From the NCBI GenBank assembly GCA_964016885.1, contig OZ024740.1, positions 286,688,001-286,752,000 of the forward strand: a stretch of DNA of 64,000 nucleotides, given 5' to 3'. Both the position numbers and the translations under genes were made by a program. Below are positions 1-12,486 of this stretch, piece by piece. Numbering within the stretch: the stretch's first letter is position 1; the number at the start of each line of letters is the position of its first letter. The notes beneath the pieces are model-generated. The model was not told where the DNA came from. It did no database searches and was given only the letters and a program-made list of their open reading frames with translations. Source of the stretch: Eledone cirrhosa (taxonomy: Eukaryota).

Positions 1-1
1 G

Positions 2-712
2 ATGTTGCATGGTAGTGAGACCTGGGCGCTGAAGGTGGAAGACTTACGTAGATTAGAGAGAAACGAAGCCTGCATGCTCCGATGGATGTGTAACAGTAAT
101 ATACGTGAACGACAAAGCATAAATGAATTGAGAGAGAGACTGAGCATAAGAGGAATCAAATGCTGCGTGCAGGAGAGGCGGTTACGCTGGTATGGACATG
201 TGATGCGTATGAAGGATGACAGCTGCATAAAAAGGTGCAGAGCACTAGAAGTTGATGGAAACCGCGGAGTGGGGAGACCCAAGATGACTTGGGATGAGGT
301 GATAAGAGCCGACCTTACCCAACTACACCTCTCAAAGTCAATGACACACGACCGTGACTTCTGGCGTCACGCAGTAATACAGGGTACCCGACCTCCCATG
401 GGTACATGCTGAAGCATATAAACAATATGCCCCCCCCCCCACCGCAAGGTGGTCGTGGAGGTGCCACGGCAAAAAAGCACCCAGCCCACACTGTAAAGTG
501 GACGTGTAGGCGCCACGAAAAAGCACCCAGCACTCACTGTAAATGAGGTTGGTGTTAGGAAGGGCATCCAGCTGTAGAAATCAAGCCAGATCAGTTCCTG
601 TATGAGCAAGGCATGGTCAGCCGACCAGACACTGCCCACAACAGGACAACCCGTCTAACCCATGCTAGCGTGGAAGAACGGACGTAAAACGGTGATGATG
701 ATGATGATGATG
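2..712 (+). mobile_element. RTE-clade LINE 3' end (C-terminal ORF, 3' UTR, (GAT)n tail)
   Basis: ORF 2..412 has RTE C-terminal motifs HGSETW, MLRWM, RLRWYGHVMR and GRPKMTW. The UTR contains AAGGGCATCCAGCTGTAGAAA and ends in a (GAT)n tail at about 693-712. Confidence 0.88.
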
Positions 713-1152
713 ATATATATATGTGTGTGTGTATGCATACATATATAATTGGCCATCACCTCAATAAACAACCAAAGAATGTCTCAAAATGAGCCAGAGT
801 TTTTCTACTTTTACTTGAGTGCTATGGCTGTTTAGTGCCCAAGCCCAAAGTAGGGCCTATAATTGGAGTGGGTCAGTTAGTACATTGATCCAGGAACCCA
901 GAGAGCCAAGGAGATGCCTGTGAATATCTCATGCTCCCCACTTACCGTCTCCTAGAAAAAAATATTCTCGGTCACCTTGAATTTCAGAGGAGATTCTCCC
1001 TTTCTCCCTAGAATCCAAAAACATTTTTGTTCTGCCTTGTAAAATTTATATTTTTAGTAACCTTATGACAGATTACTAACACTTTAGTTGATAATTTAGT
1101 TTGTCAATCCTTACAACTCCCTCTTAAACGAAAACATGAGTAAACAGCACAC

Positions 1153-1198
<46 letters not shown>

Positions 1199-1539
1199 TT
1201 ATACTATGTATGGATGAATCATGTCTGATTGTGCAGAAACTGTTATATGTATATGTTATTCATATAATTTTTTATTCTTTTTTTTGTATAAAAAAATAAT
1301 AATAATTTTTACATTTGTTTAATTTCACTTTTTTTTTGCTTTGAATAATTGATGTAAATTCTATAAAAGTTATATGTAAATCAACAAATGTGAAAAAGTA
1401 CAAATTATGTTTGTTCATCCTATTTTCAGTAAAGGGTTTTTAATTTCCCTTCATAAAAATTAACTAACGAACCATCCGTATTTAACTGTTTTTATGCTGA
1501 CATTCTACTTTTCAGTATGTTATATGTTTATACATATCT

Positions 1540-1550
<11 letters not shown>

Positions 1551-1572
<22 letters not shown>

Positions 1573-2439
1573 AATTATTGTGTAAAGTGCTCAGGTACAC
1601 TACAACTCATCAAAGGTGCATCATAGAATAATATACAAATGTCAGGGAAGTGAATAGTGTATGAGTCATGATATACATGTGTATATGTGTATGGACGGGG
1701 AACATTAGGTGTAGTGTTGGCGAATCTCGGGAAGCATGGAGGTTTTAAAGGATGCAGTGTCTCAACAGCTAATAACTGATGCAGGTAGTTTGTTCCATGC
1801 TTCAGCAACTCTGAGCGTGAAAAAATATTTCCAAAAGTCATGGGAACTGTGCTGTTTTCTGACTTTGTGGGCATGCCCATGTGTGTTAGACACATGGAAA
1901 TCAAAAAGGTACTCAGGGTTGTTGTTGGCAAGATGGTTAACAATTTTGTGGGTGTTTACCAAGTCAGTTGCCAGGCGTCGGAGCTTCAATGTATCCATGC
2001 CCAGGGAAGCAAGGCGTTCAGAGTATGGTAGATGCCTGATGGAGGGTATTCACTTGGTTGCACGTCTCTGAACAGTTTCCAGGTGGTCAATGTTCTGAGC
2101 AAGATAGGGGTTCCAGACTGGTGATGCAAATTCTAAGTGTGGCCGCACCATAGCCATGTACAGCCTTAAATAGATAGCTGGAGAGCGGCTGACAAAGGTC
2201 TTGCTGAGTGATGCTAAGACACCCTCGACCCTCTTGACAATTTTAGAGACGTGCTTCATCCAACGCAAATCGCTGCTGACCGTAATGCCCAGGTCACGTT
2301 CACAAGAAGACTTCTTGATATTAGTGCTGTGGAGGGAGTATGTGGACACTGGGTTTTTACTCCCAAAATGCATGGTGGTGCACTTGTCCACAGCTAGCTT
2401 GAGTTGCCAGTCTGAGATCCATTGTTCCATTGTGTCCAT
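1551..2439 (-). mobile_element. 5'-truncated CR1-clade LINE
   Basis: Minus ORFs carry ERDLGITVSSDL, RPHLEFASPVWNP, LETVQRRATK and FFTLRVAEAWNKLP. An (ATT)n tail lies at 1551-1570. Confidence 0.85.
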
Positions 2440-2656
2440 ATGTATATATGTGTGTGTGTGTGTGTATATATATAAATATATATATAATAAAGAAAAAAAA
2501 ATTTCACTCTACATGGCTGAATACAATAAATGTAATCTGAGTTTTTCGAATATTAATAATAACATTCGATTCATTTACAATTATGCAAACAAGCCTCATT
2601 TATAAAGCCATGTCAGTAGAATGAACCTTTCATTCTTGCTCTTGTGTTGGCATGTA

Positions 2657-2710
2657 AACAGAACTGCAGACACTAATGTTTCTGGGTATCACCCTTCATC
2701 AGTACAGCTC
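2657..2710 (-). ncRNA. Type I hammerhead ribozyme (left arm)
   Basis: Minus strand reads GAGCTGTA-CTGATGA-AGGGTGATACCCA-GAAAC-ATTAGT-GTC-TGCAGTTC. Confidence 0.75.
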
Positions 2711-3191
2711 TCTGCTCACCTGCCAACTGTCAGAGCTAGTGAAAATATATGCTATTTTCTAAAATATACAGTGACTGATTGGCCTGATTTGCATATTAGC
2801 AGACTGGCTGATCAGTTAGATCTGCATATTAGCAGATCCACTGATCAGCCAGATTTGCATATCAGCAAACTGGCCAGTCAGTTTCCTGTATACAAGCAAT
2901 AAATGGCCAGCTTTGCCACATTCAAATAAATTTTTTTTTTAAATGATGAAGGGTGATACCCAGAAACTGTTTTTTTTTTTCTTCTTTATTTGAATGTGGC
3001 AAAGTCGGCCATTTATCGCTCGTATACTGACTGGCCAGTCTGCTGATATGCAAATCTGGCTGATCAGTGAATCTGCTAATATGCAGATCTGACTGATCAG
3101 CCAGTCTGCTAATATGCAAATCAAGCCGATCAGTCACTGTATATTTTAGAAAATAGCATATATTTTCACTAGCTCTGACAGTTGGCAGGTG

Positions 3192-3251
3192 AACAGGGAG
3201 CTGTACTGATGATGGGTGATACCCAGAAACATTAGTGTCTGCAGTTCTGTT
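3192..3251 (+). ncRNA. Type I hammerhead ribozyme (right arm)
   Basis: Stem I GAGCTGTA/TGCAGTTC, core CTGATGA at 3206, stem II TGGG/CCCA, GAAAC at 3226, short stem III, GTC triplet. Predicted cut after 3239. Confidence 0.85.
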
Positions 3252-3396
3252 TACATGCCAACACAAGGGCAAGAATGAAGGGTTCATTCTACTGACATGG
3301 TTTTATAAATGAGGCTTGTTTGCATAATTCCAAACAAATCGAATGTTATTATTAATATTCGAAAAACTCAGATTAAATTTATATATATATATATCA

Positions 3397-6300
3397 GCCA
3401 TGGAAAACCATCTCCAACTCTCCCACCCTACCAAGTTCCCATTTACCTCTCACTCTCCCCACCCCCCAAACTCCATAACTTCAGTCTTGGCACCATGAAA
3501 GGTAAATCTGGAGAGATCGTAGAGATGCCTGAAAGAATGAAAGTTGATGTGTGCTGTGTACAAGAGACTAGATTCCTGGTAGGCACAAAACGATGCAACA
3601 AATTTGTCTGAGTGGGAAATGACGACGGGCTTGGTGAAGTAGGGATTTTGGTAGCAGAAAAGTGGGTAAACAAAATTATTGCTGTAAATAGAGTAAATGA
3701 CTAATTAAATTTAGATTTAAACTAAACAGAACAATCATGACAATTATATCTGTCTACGCTGCTCAATCTGGACTTCAAACATACAAAAAGACAGGTTCTA
3801 TGAGTTCCTAATGCTCACTACCTCCCAAATTAATGAGAATGACTTCCTACTTATTGAAGGTGACTTCAACAGACATGTGGGACAACTCTCTGATGGCTTT
3901 GATGGGATCCACAGCGGGTACGGTCCTAGAAATGAGGAAGGATTCAGACTACTGGAATTCTGTGACACCAATAACCTATTTATCTGTAACACGAACTTCA
4001 GAAAATGAGACTGTCACCTAATCACATATAGATCAGGTAACCTCACTAGCCAAATTGATTTCATTGTTAATAGAAGATGAGACAGAGTGAGTGTTAGGAA
4101 CACAAAGTGCCTCCTCAGTGAAGAATGCACCTCCCAACATAAACTAGTAGTTAGCAACCTTATATTCAGGGCTAGAACTCGACAACAGAAGCCTATTTGG
4201 AGGAGATGAGTATGGAAGTTAAAAGACCCATCAAACAGTGACAAATTTAGAAGTATGCTGACCGACGCCTTCAACAGCAAGGAAGAACAAATAGAAACAT
4301 AATATAGAGGAGCAGTAGGAGTTCCTGAAAGCGACAGACAAAATTTGTGGTCGGAGTAGGTCCCTTGGGAGACGAAGAGTGACTTGGTGGTGGAATAGTA
4401 AAGTAGATGAGAAAATTAAGGCCAAAAGACAGGCTTGGAAAGATTGGCGTAATGGAGGTAGCAGGGAAGTTTACTAGAAGGCTAGGCGACAAGTTTACCT
4501 CGCTAGAAGGGAAGCAGAAAACGAAAAATTTAAGAATGTTTTGCAGTGTGAGGAGCAAAGAGGTGAGGTGTTCAGGATCGCTAGACAGTGTGTCAGAAAT
4601 GACTTTGGTGAACTTGCCCTCACTGACACTAAAAAGAAGGTAAGTAGCATGAAAGTGCCACTGAATGATTACTGAATGAGTAGAATTCATGGAATAAAGA
4701 CAGTCTGTCACATGTCGACCCAACAGAGGGACTGACTATACAAGTTAGCGGTAGTATAGTAAGTAAGGCAATCAAAGATATGAAGTCAGGCAGGGCAGCT
4801 GGGCCCTCAGGGATAGTTGCTAAGGTACTGAAAACTTCAGGTATGGTGGGCCACACCATAGTCTCCCACATTGTAAACCAAGTCATACAAAATGGTGTGA
4901 TACCCAATGACTGGTGTAGCAGCATCTTTGTAAACTGCTACAAGGGCAAAGGAGATGCCCTAGATAGAGAAAACTATAGAGGCATTAAGTTGGTTGTCTA
5001 GGTTATGAAGGTCACTGAAAGAGTCTTAGCTCAGTTGATTAGAGAACGTGTTAACATAGATGAGATGCAGTTTGGATTTGTCCCAGGTAAGAGTATCACA
5101 GATGCCCTCTTCCTTGTTAGACAACTGCAGGAGAGTACCTAGCTAAAAGTAAACCCCTCTACCTGGCTTTTGTCGACCTTGAAAAAGCTTTTGTCAGAGT
5201 CTCCCATTCTATTATCTGGTGGGCTCTTAGAAAACTAGGAGTTGACAAATGACTTGTGAGGGCAATTCAAGCAATGTATAGAAGAACAGCCAGTAAGGTT
5301 AGAATTAACAATGACTATAGTGAAGAATTTAGCGTGCAGGTTGGTGTCTATCAGGGGTCTGTTCTTAGCACTCTTCTGTTTATCATCGTTCTGCAGGCAA
5401 TAACGGAGGAGTTTAAGACCGGCTGCCTATAGGAACTACTGTATGCTGATGACCTAACCCTTATAGCCGAATCTAGAGATGAAATTCCAAACCTGGAAGC
5501 AAGGCCTAGAATCGAAAGGTCTTAAAGTCAACCTGGCAAAGACTAAAGTCCTAGTAAGTAGAAGGGATAACAGGAACAGATATCTTCTGGGAAATGGCCC
5601 TGCTCAGTGTGCAGAAAAGGAGTAGGTAGAAATTCCATTCTATGTACCAAATGCAAGCAATGGGTACACAAGAGATATAGTGGCATCTCAGGCAGGCTAA
5701 CAAAGAATGTAGGTTTAACTTGTGGCAGGTGCACAGAGGCAGTAAGTAGCAAGAACCCTCAAGATACAACCACCTTCAAATGCTCAGATGGCTCGGTTGA
5801 AGTGGTAGATAGTTACCATTAACTGGGTGACCAAATCAGTTGTGGAGGAGGGGGTTCCGAAAGCACATTAACCAGAACGAGATCAGGTTGGGGAAAATTG
5901 AGGGAGCTACTACCGCTACTAACTACAAAAGGGATCTGTTGTTGCATGCAGGAGAGGAGATTGCGTTGGTATGGACATGTGATGAGTATGAAGGATGACA
6001 GCTGTATAATAAGGTGCAGAGCACTCAAAGTCGATGGTAGCCGTGGTGTGGACAGGCCTAGGAAGACTTGGGACGAGGTAATAAAAGCTGACCTTGCACA
6101 ATTACACCTCTCAAAGGCAACGACACGAGACCACGACCTCTGGTGCTAAGCAGTTTTACAGAAGACCCGCCTTCTATGAGGATTATACCTAGTAGGCAAC
6201 ACCTTCCTCAATCTTCTAACTCCGCTAATTCACCTCCCTTAGCGGTAACCATACCTCTCCTACTACCCTCTCCACATTTTCCCCCAAGCTCCTCCACCCT

Positions 6301-6785
6301 CCCTAGTCCCAAGACAAAAGTGCCTAGGCCCCACTGTAAAGTGGTTGTGTCGGTGACACGACAAAGGTGCCCGGTTCACACTGTAGAGAACATCCAGCCC
6401 ACACTGTATAGTGATCATGTAGGTGTCACGACAAAATGCACCCAGCCCACACTGTAAAAGACATGGCAAAAAGCACTCAGCAAGCACTGTAAATGTGGTT
6501 GGGGTTAGGAAGGGCATCCAGCCATCGAAAACCAGCCCGAAAACACCCAGCTTGCACTGTAAAGTGAAAGTGTAAAAGATTCGGCAAAAAGCACCCAGCA
6601 CACTCTGTCAATGTTGTTGGCATTATGAAGAGCATCCAGCCGTAGAAAAACAGCCAGAAACTCTCCTGTATGAGTGAGTCACGGTCACCCGACCCAACTT
6701 GCCTCTAAATGGGACAAATCTGTCTAACCCATGCTTGTGTGGTAGATAGACGATGGTAGATAATCGATGATGATGATAATGATGA
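3397..6785 (+). mobile_element. Degenerate near-full-length RTE LINE (APE, RT, Cys-rich finger, C-terminus, repeat-rich UTR)
   Basis: APE motifs VCCVQET, GDFNRHVG and RLLEFCD. RT motifs AAGPSGI, KGKGDALDRENYRGI, FVDLEKAF and LLYADDL. RLRWYGHV and GRPRKTW-like C-terminus, (GAT)n tail, many stops and frameshifts. Confidence 0.9.
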
Positions 6786-6809
6786 ATATATGTATATATA
6801 ATATATATA

Positions 6810-7089
6810 TCTCCTTATAATATATAACCAGCAATTTCTCTGTTTGTCTGTCTGTCCGACAGTGGAAACACGTGCGCGCGTGCGAATGATTTTTGCGCAC
6901 GCGTAGAGAGAGAGTGAGAGTGAAAGAAAGAGACAGACTACAAGAGGGGGATAGAGGGAGGGAGAGAGGGGGGAATTGAGGAGTGCTACAGAAACATATA
7001 TACATTTCTGTGTGTGTGTAATATATATATACACACACAGAAATATATATATATACACACAGAAATATATATACATTTCTGTGTGTGTA

Positions 7090-7124
<35 letters not shown>

Positions 7125-7202
7125 GAAATATATATACATTTCTGTGTGTGTAATATATATATATACTAGCAGAAAGCCAGCTGGTGGGCGATTTTCTGCT
7201 AG
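6810..7202 (+). mobile_element. Non-autonomous Helitron-like element, family A
   Basis: Starts TC, has an early TGTCTGTCTG tract, and ends in the hairpin CTAGCAGAAA...TTTCTGCTAG with terminal CTAG. A similar 3' hairpin occurs at 21441-21478. Confidence 0.5.
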
Positions 7203-8232
7203 TCTATATATATAAAACAAAGAATGTCTGTGTATCTGTTTCCCTAAAACTCGAGAACTACCCAACCGTTTTTTTTCAAACTTTACACATGTAATACTTA
7301 TGGTCCTATTGAGTGTTCTGAGCAAAAAAAAATTCAAATTTTCAATGCCCTAGGGACCGCATTAGGCGATTTAGCGATCTCTTTCTCTTAGTCTTTCTCT
7401 TTTTAGATAGATACATAGATATGACGTCGCGCCTTCATAATATCTGTTTGTATGCCTGGCTGTCTGCATTACGACATTATGACGCGATCAGTGTGTGTGT
7501 ATATATATTCTTATGTCAGAGAACGTCTTCACGAACCAAAGTATCGTCTTCCTGTTTTCCATCGGTTGCAACGTTTTTCGAAATATTTACATCTGCGTTC
7601 ACAGATTGATTTTTTTTAGTTTCAGAAGATCCCGTTAAGGTTGAAAGTAGCGATTCTTTGCTTAAACATTAATATGTTATTTTAATATAGATATTCGTGT
7701 ACAGATATTTTTGCATACACAAAAACAAAATATAAACAAACAAGGCTGGCGATTACATAATCACTTGCATCACTGACAGATATTTTTGCATACACAAAAA
7801 CAAAATATAAACAAACAAGGCCAACGATTACATCAGTTAGTCTTAGTGTACTTCATACTGTTTTTAGGTAGAAGATCCCGTTAAGGGTGAAAGCAGCGAT
7901 TCATTTTCTGCGTTCACAGATTGATTTTTTTTAGTTTCAGAAGATCCCGTTAAGTGTGAAAGCAGTTGTAGCGACTAGCGCCACCTTGCCCGGGGAGAAA
8001 AAACTAATTGGAGTTACTTCCCGTTGAATTCTAGAAGATTCCTTGAACTTCCGGTCGAGGGATTATAAAGGAGGGAGAAAAGAGACATCTTGGCTTATTT
8101 GGCGACCGGCTCTCGGACAGTTCACTCACGAGCGAGTTTGTTAACCTTATTATATCTGTATCGAATTAAATTAGTGGTTGGCCTGCAGTGGCGTTTACCA
8201 AAGTAAATAACCCTGTGACCAATTCACTAAAG

Positions 8233-8250
8233 TGGTGACCCCGACGTGAT
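8233..8250 (+). promoter_or_regulatory. Primer-binding site complementary to the tRNA-Trp 3' end
   Basis: TGGTGACCCCGACGTGAT is the reverse complement of ATCACGTCGGGGTCACCA, the metazoan tRNA-Trp 3' end. It starts 1 nt after the 5' LTR. Confidence 0.85.
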
Positions 8251-8595
8251 ATGAACATCCATTTTCATACGGAATGAATCCGTCAAGGGACCTTTTACGT
8301 CACCTTATAATGGACCTTTTCGTGTGCTTTCGCACACACCAAAACACTTTACAGTGGCTGTCAACGGATATTACCTCTTTTCGACCATTGACAGCCACTG
8401 TAAAGTGTTTTGGTGTGTGCGAAAGCACACGAAAAGGTCCATTATAAGGTGACGTAAGAGGTCCCTTGACGGAATCATTCCGTATGAAAATGTGTGCCCA
8501 CGTAGAGATGTCCGATGGGACTGCAGAAGAAATAGATTGGTCACGAGGGTTCATTGGTGGAAGATCCGAGAAATACGAACGAATCCTGGTGACAT

Positions 8596-9165
8596 ATGAT
8601 GTTTTTGCCAATCGTGCTTCTTGGTTGTCGTTCTGCCATTAAGACAGATTTAGGTTTTTCTTCTGCTGAACTTCTTTATGGTACCACATTGTCTCTTCCT
8701 GGACAAATGTTAGCACCAGTGGATTCATCACATCTTGACCCAGCATCATATGTCACCAGGATTCGTTCGTATTTCTCGGATCTTCCACCAATGAACCCTC
8801 GTGACCAATCTATTTCTTCTGCTGTCCCATCGGACATCTCTACGTGGACACACATTTTCATACGGAATGATTCCGTCAAGGGACCTTTTACGTCACCTTA
8901 TAATGGACCTTTTCGTGTGCTTTCGCACACACCAAAACACTTTACAGTGGCTGTCAATGGTCGAAAAGAGGTAATATCCGTTGACAGAGCAAAGAAGGCT
9001 CTCGCTGAAAGTCTCACATCATTGCCTGACATACCTCGTAGATACACTCCCACACAAACACCTTCACCTCCACCGCAAACACCACATACCACACAACCAT
9101 ATGTCACACGAAGTGACAGGACAGTAATATGGCCACGGAAACTCTCAAAAACAATATTCGTCTAA
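8596..9165 (+). pseudogene. Gypsy integrase C-terminal fragment (GPY/F module)
   Basis: LPIVLLGCRSAIKTDLGFSSAELLYGTTLSLPG, PYNGPFRVL, VISVDRAK and YVTRS. Confidence 0.8.
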
Positions 9166-9880
9166 CCCCTAGTAGCATTAACTATTCGACTTTGAAAAAT
9201 GTTGAACTTATTTTGAGTATTATTTTCCTTGCTCCCTTGTATTGTTTTGAATTGTTCCAGTTACATTTTTCTGCATGTTTATTTTCATACTTTGCTTCTG
9301 TTACAAACCATTGTAATTTATGTACCTTTTGTTTTGCTTGCTCCTTATTCTACGGCTCCTCGCTACAATGACCTTACGGTTATTATCAACTATCGTCTGG
9401 AGGGAAGCCTTGTAGCGACTAGCGCCACCTTGCCCGGGGAGAAAAAACTAATTGAAGTTACTTCCCGTTGAATTCTAGAAGATTCCTTGAACCTCCGGTC
9501 TAGGGATTATAAAGGAGGGAGAAAAGAGACATCTTGGCTTATTTGGCGACCAGCTCTCGGACAGTTCACTCACGAGCGAGTTTGTTAACCTTATATCTGT
9601 ATCGAATTAAATTAGTGGTTGGCCTGCAGTGGCGTTTACCAAAGTAAATAACCCTGTGACCAATTCACTAAACAGTGATTCTTTGCTTAAACTTTAATCT
9701 GTTATTTTAATATATATATATATATATATAATTATATATTCGTGTACAGATATTTTTGCATAGACAATAACAAAATATAAACAAACGTATTTATTTCACG
9801 AGGCTCAATAAGGATAAATATATCTCAAATATATAAGAACCCTAGAGAAAATCCCGAGCAACGCCGGGCCATTCTGCTAG

Positions 9881-10179
9881 TATGTATCTAAAACAGAGAA
9901 TGTCTGTCTGACTCCCTAAAACTCGAGAACCATGCGACTGATTGTTTTCAAACTTTACACATGTAATACTTATGGTCCTGTGAGTGATTTGAGCAAAAAA
10001 TATTTCCAATTTTCAATGCCCTAGGCGATCTAGCGATCTCTCTATATAATTCTTAGTCTTTCTTTTTAGATGGATACATAGATATAACGTTGTACCCTTA
10101 TAATATCTGTCTGTATGTCTGGCTGTCTGCATTATGACGTCGCTATCTGTGTGTGTATATATATATGTATATATTGTGC

Positions 10180-10263
<84 letters not shown>

Positions 10264-10390
10264 AGTGTGTAACGTTTTACGAAATATTTACTTCTGCGTT
10301 CACAGAATGATTTTTTTTAGTTTCAGAAGATCCCGTTAAGGGTGAAAGCAGCGATTCTTTGCTTAAACTTTAATCTGTTATTTTAATATA
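9881..10390 (+). mobile_element. Family B Helitron, 3'-truncated tandem copy
   Basis: Begins right after the CTAG of the previous copy with the same 5' sequence (CTCCCTAAAACTCGAGAAC). Confidence 0.7.
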
Positions 10391-10392
10391 AA

Positions 10393-11319
10393 CTAGCAGA
10401 ATGGCCCGGCGTTGCTCGGGATTTGCTCTAGGGTTCTTAAATATTTAATATATATTTATCCTTATCGAGCCTCGTGAAATAAATACGTTTGTTTATATTT
10501 TGTTATTGAGTATGCAAAAATATCTGTACACGAATATATAATTATATATATATATATATATATAACAGTACAGAGAAGTACGGAACACCTCGGCCTCGGG
10601 ATGGTGTCTACATTTTGTGCTTATAAAAATAATTCGTCGTAGATTACCAGGGGTTTTTTCCGTGCGAAGAAAATCAATACTTTATGGCGAAATAAATACT
10701 TTTGTTTATATTTTGTTATTGTGTATTCAAAAATGATATATATTTATCTTTATCGAGCCTCGTGAAATAAATATGTTTGTTTATATTTTGTTATTGTGTA
10801 TGCAAAAATATCTGTACACGAATATATAATTATATATATATATATATATATAACAGTACAGAGAAGTACGGAACACCTCGGCCTCGGGATGGTGTCTACA
10901 TTTTGTGCTTATAAAAATAATTCGTCGTAGATTACCAGGGGTTTTTTCCGTGCGAAGAAAATCAATACTTTATGGCGAAATAAATACTTTTGTTTATATT
11001 TTGTTATTGTGTATTCAAAAATGATATATATTTATCTTTATCGAGCCTCGTGAAATAAATATGTTTGTTTATATTTTGTTATTGTGTATGCAAAAATATC
11101 TGTACACGAATATATAATTATATATATATATATATAACAGTACAGAGAAGTACGGAACACCTCGGCCTCGGGATGGTGTCTACATTTTGTGCTTATAAAA
11201 AAAATTTGTTGTAGATTACCAGGTTTTTTTTTCTGTGCGAAGAAAATCAATATTTTATCGCGAAATAAATACTTTTGTTTATATTTTGTTATTGTGTATG
11301 CAAACATATTTGTACACGA

Positions 11320-11390
<71 letters not shown>

Positions 11391-11630
11391 TAACAGATTA
11401 AAGTTTAAGCAAAGAATCGCTGCTTTCACCCTTAACGGGATCTTCTGAAACAAAAAAATCAATCTGTGAAGGCAGAAGTAAATATTTCGAAAAACGTTAC
11501 ACACTATATATATATATATATATATATATATTTTCAACATATTGTATTTTAAAGAGCTCAGGATTTCTTCTCCTTTGAGCACATTATTTACAGGGAATGG
11601 CGAGGGCCTATGGCTCCGTTAATTTATCGC

Positions 11631-11700
<70 letters not shown>

Positions 11701-11937
11701 CACACACACCGCGTCATAATGTCGTAATGCAGATAGCCAGACATACAGACAGATATTATAAGGGCGCGACGTTATATCTATATATCTATCTAAAAAGAGA
11801 AAGACTAAGAATTATAGAGAGCTATCGCTAAATCGCCTAATGCGGTCCCTAGGGCCATAAGTATTACATGTGTAAAGTTTGAAAACAATCGGTTGGGTGG
11901 TTCTCGAATTTTAGTGATCTGACAGACGGACATTCTC

Positions 11938-11950
<13 letters not shown>
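10393..11950 (-). mobile_element. Family B Helitron with an internal 288-bp triplication
   Basis: Reverse-complement 3' hairpin and CTAG at 10393-10420. ATCGAGCCTCGTG recurs at 10464, 10752 and 11040. The 5' end lies near 11950. Confidence 0.72.
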
Positions 11951-12011
<61 letters not shown>

Positions 12012-12040
12012 AGATCAAAAGATGGTTAAAGGAGTTCCAT

Positions 12041-12112
12041 GTATTTTATTATGCGCATTTCAAAAACAAACATCATCATGCAATAATATTTGTGTTTTCA
12101 TCAGATAAAACA
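12041..12112 (-). ncRNA. Type I hammerhead in an orphan pLTR-like fragment (about 12005-12455)
   Basis: Minus strand reads GTTTTAT-CTGATGA-[paired stem II CAAATATTATT/GATGATGTTTG]-GAAA-TGCGCA-TA-ATAAAAT. Stem III is the palindrome ATGCGCAT. Confidence 0.72.
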
Positions 12113-12453
12113 GGAGAACATGATATGAAGGCTAAAAAACACTTGTGGATAGTGCAGTTTTAAATCAACATATGAAAAGTGGTTTTAGATTGATGTGTGA
12201 TATTGGGAAAAATATTTTATTTAGAGAGGGGGGGTGGAAAGGATGAAAAGGGAAGGAGATGAGAGGGAGAGATGGGTGATAGAGAGAAAGAGATAGTTTT
12301 TATAACTGAGAGGAGATATATTGTTTTACATAGAGAGGTTGAAAACCGTTGGAAGATAATGTATAAATTAAAAATTTTGAAAATTAACGAAGGGAGAGTG
12401 CTTCTTATCCGATATCTGCATTGCTTTATTGTACTACAATAAAACTCACCTCC

Positions 12454-12484
<31 letters not shown>

Positions 12485-12486
<2 letters not shown>

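Larger units (their letters stand above)
2517..3382. mobile_element. Non-coding fold-back element (about 410-bp inverted arms), one hammerhead per arm
   Basis: 2517-2930 is the reverse complement of about 2985-3382 with scattered substitutions. Each arm has 3 x ~33-bp subrepeats with ATTTGCAT/ATCTGCAT. (TA)n lies on both sides. Confidence 0.8.
7967..9672 (+). mobile_element. Internally deleted Ty3/Gypsy-like LTR retrotransposon
   Basis: Near-identical LTRs at 7967-8231 and 9411-9672 start with TG. 4-bp TSD CAGT at 7963-7966 and 9673-9676. PBS at 8233-8250, purine tract GGAGGGAAG before the 3' LTR, and an integrase C-terminal remnant. Confidence 0.9.
7203..9880 (+). mobile_element. Non-autonomous Helitron, family B, interrupted by an LTR element
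   Basis: 5' end TCTATATATATAAAAC. 3' end is the hairpin CCCGAGCAACGCCGGG followed by CTAG. Homologous to the intact copy at 22037-22704. Confidence 0.72.

Noticed and set aside
2621-3287. Two near-identical ORFs on opposite strands as duplicated genes
   Set aside because: They are the mirror product of the inverted repeat, run antisense to the HHRs and have no recognisable domain.
8233-8256. tRNA-Trp gene
   Set aside because: Only the 3'-terminal complement including CCA is present, next to an LTR. It is a primer-binding site.
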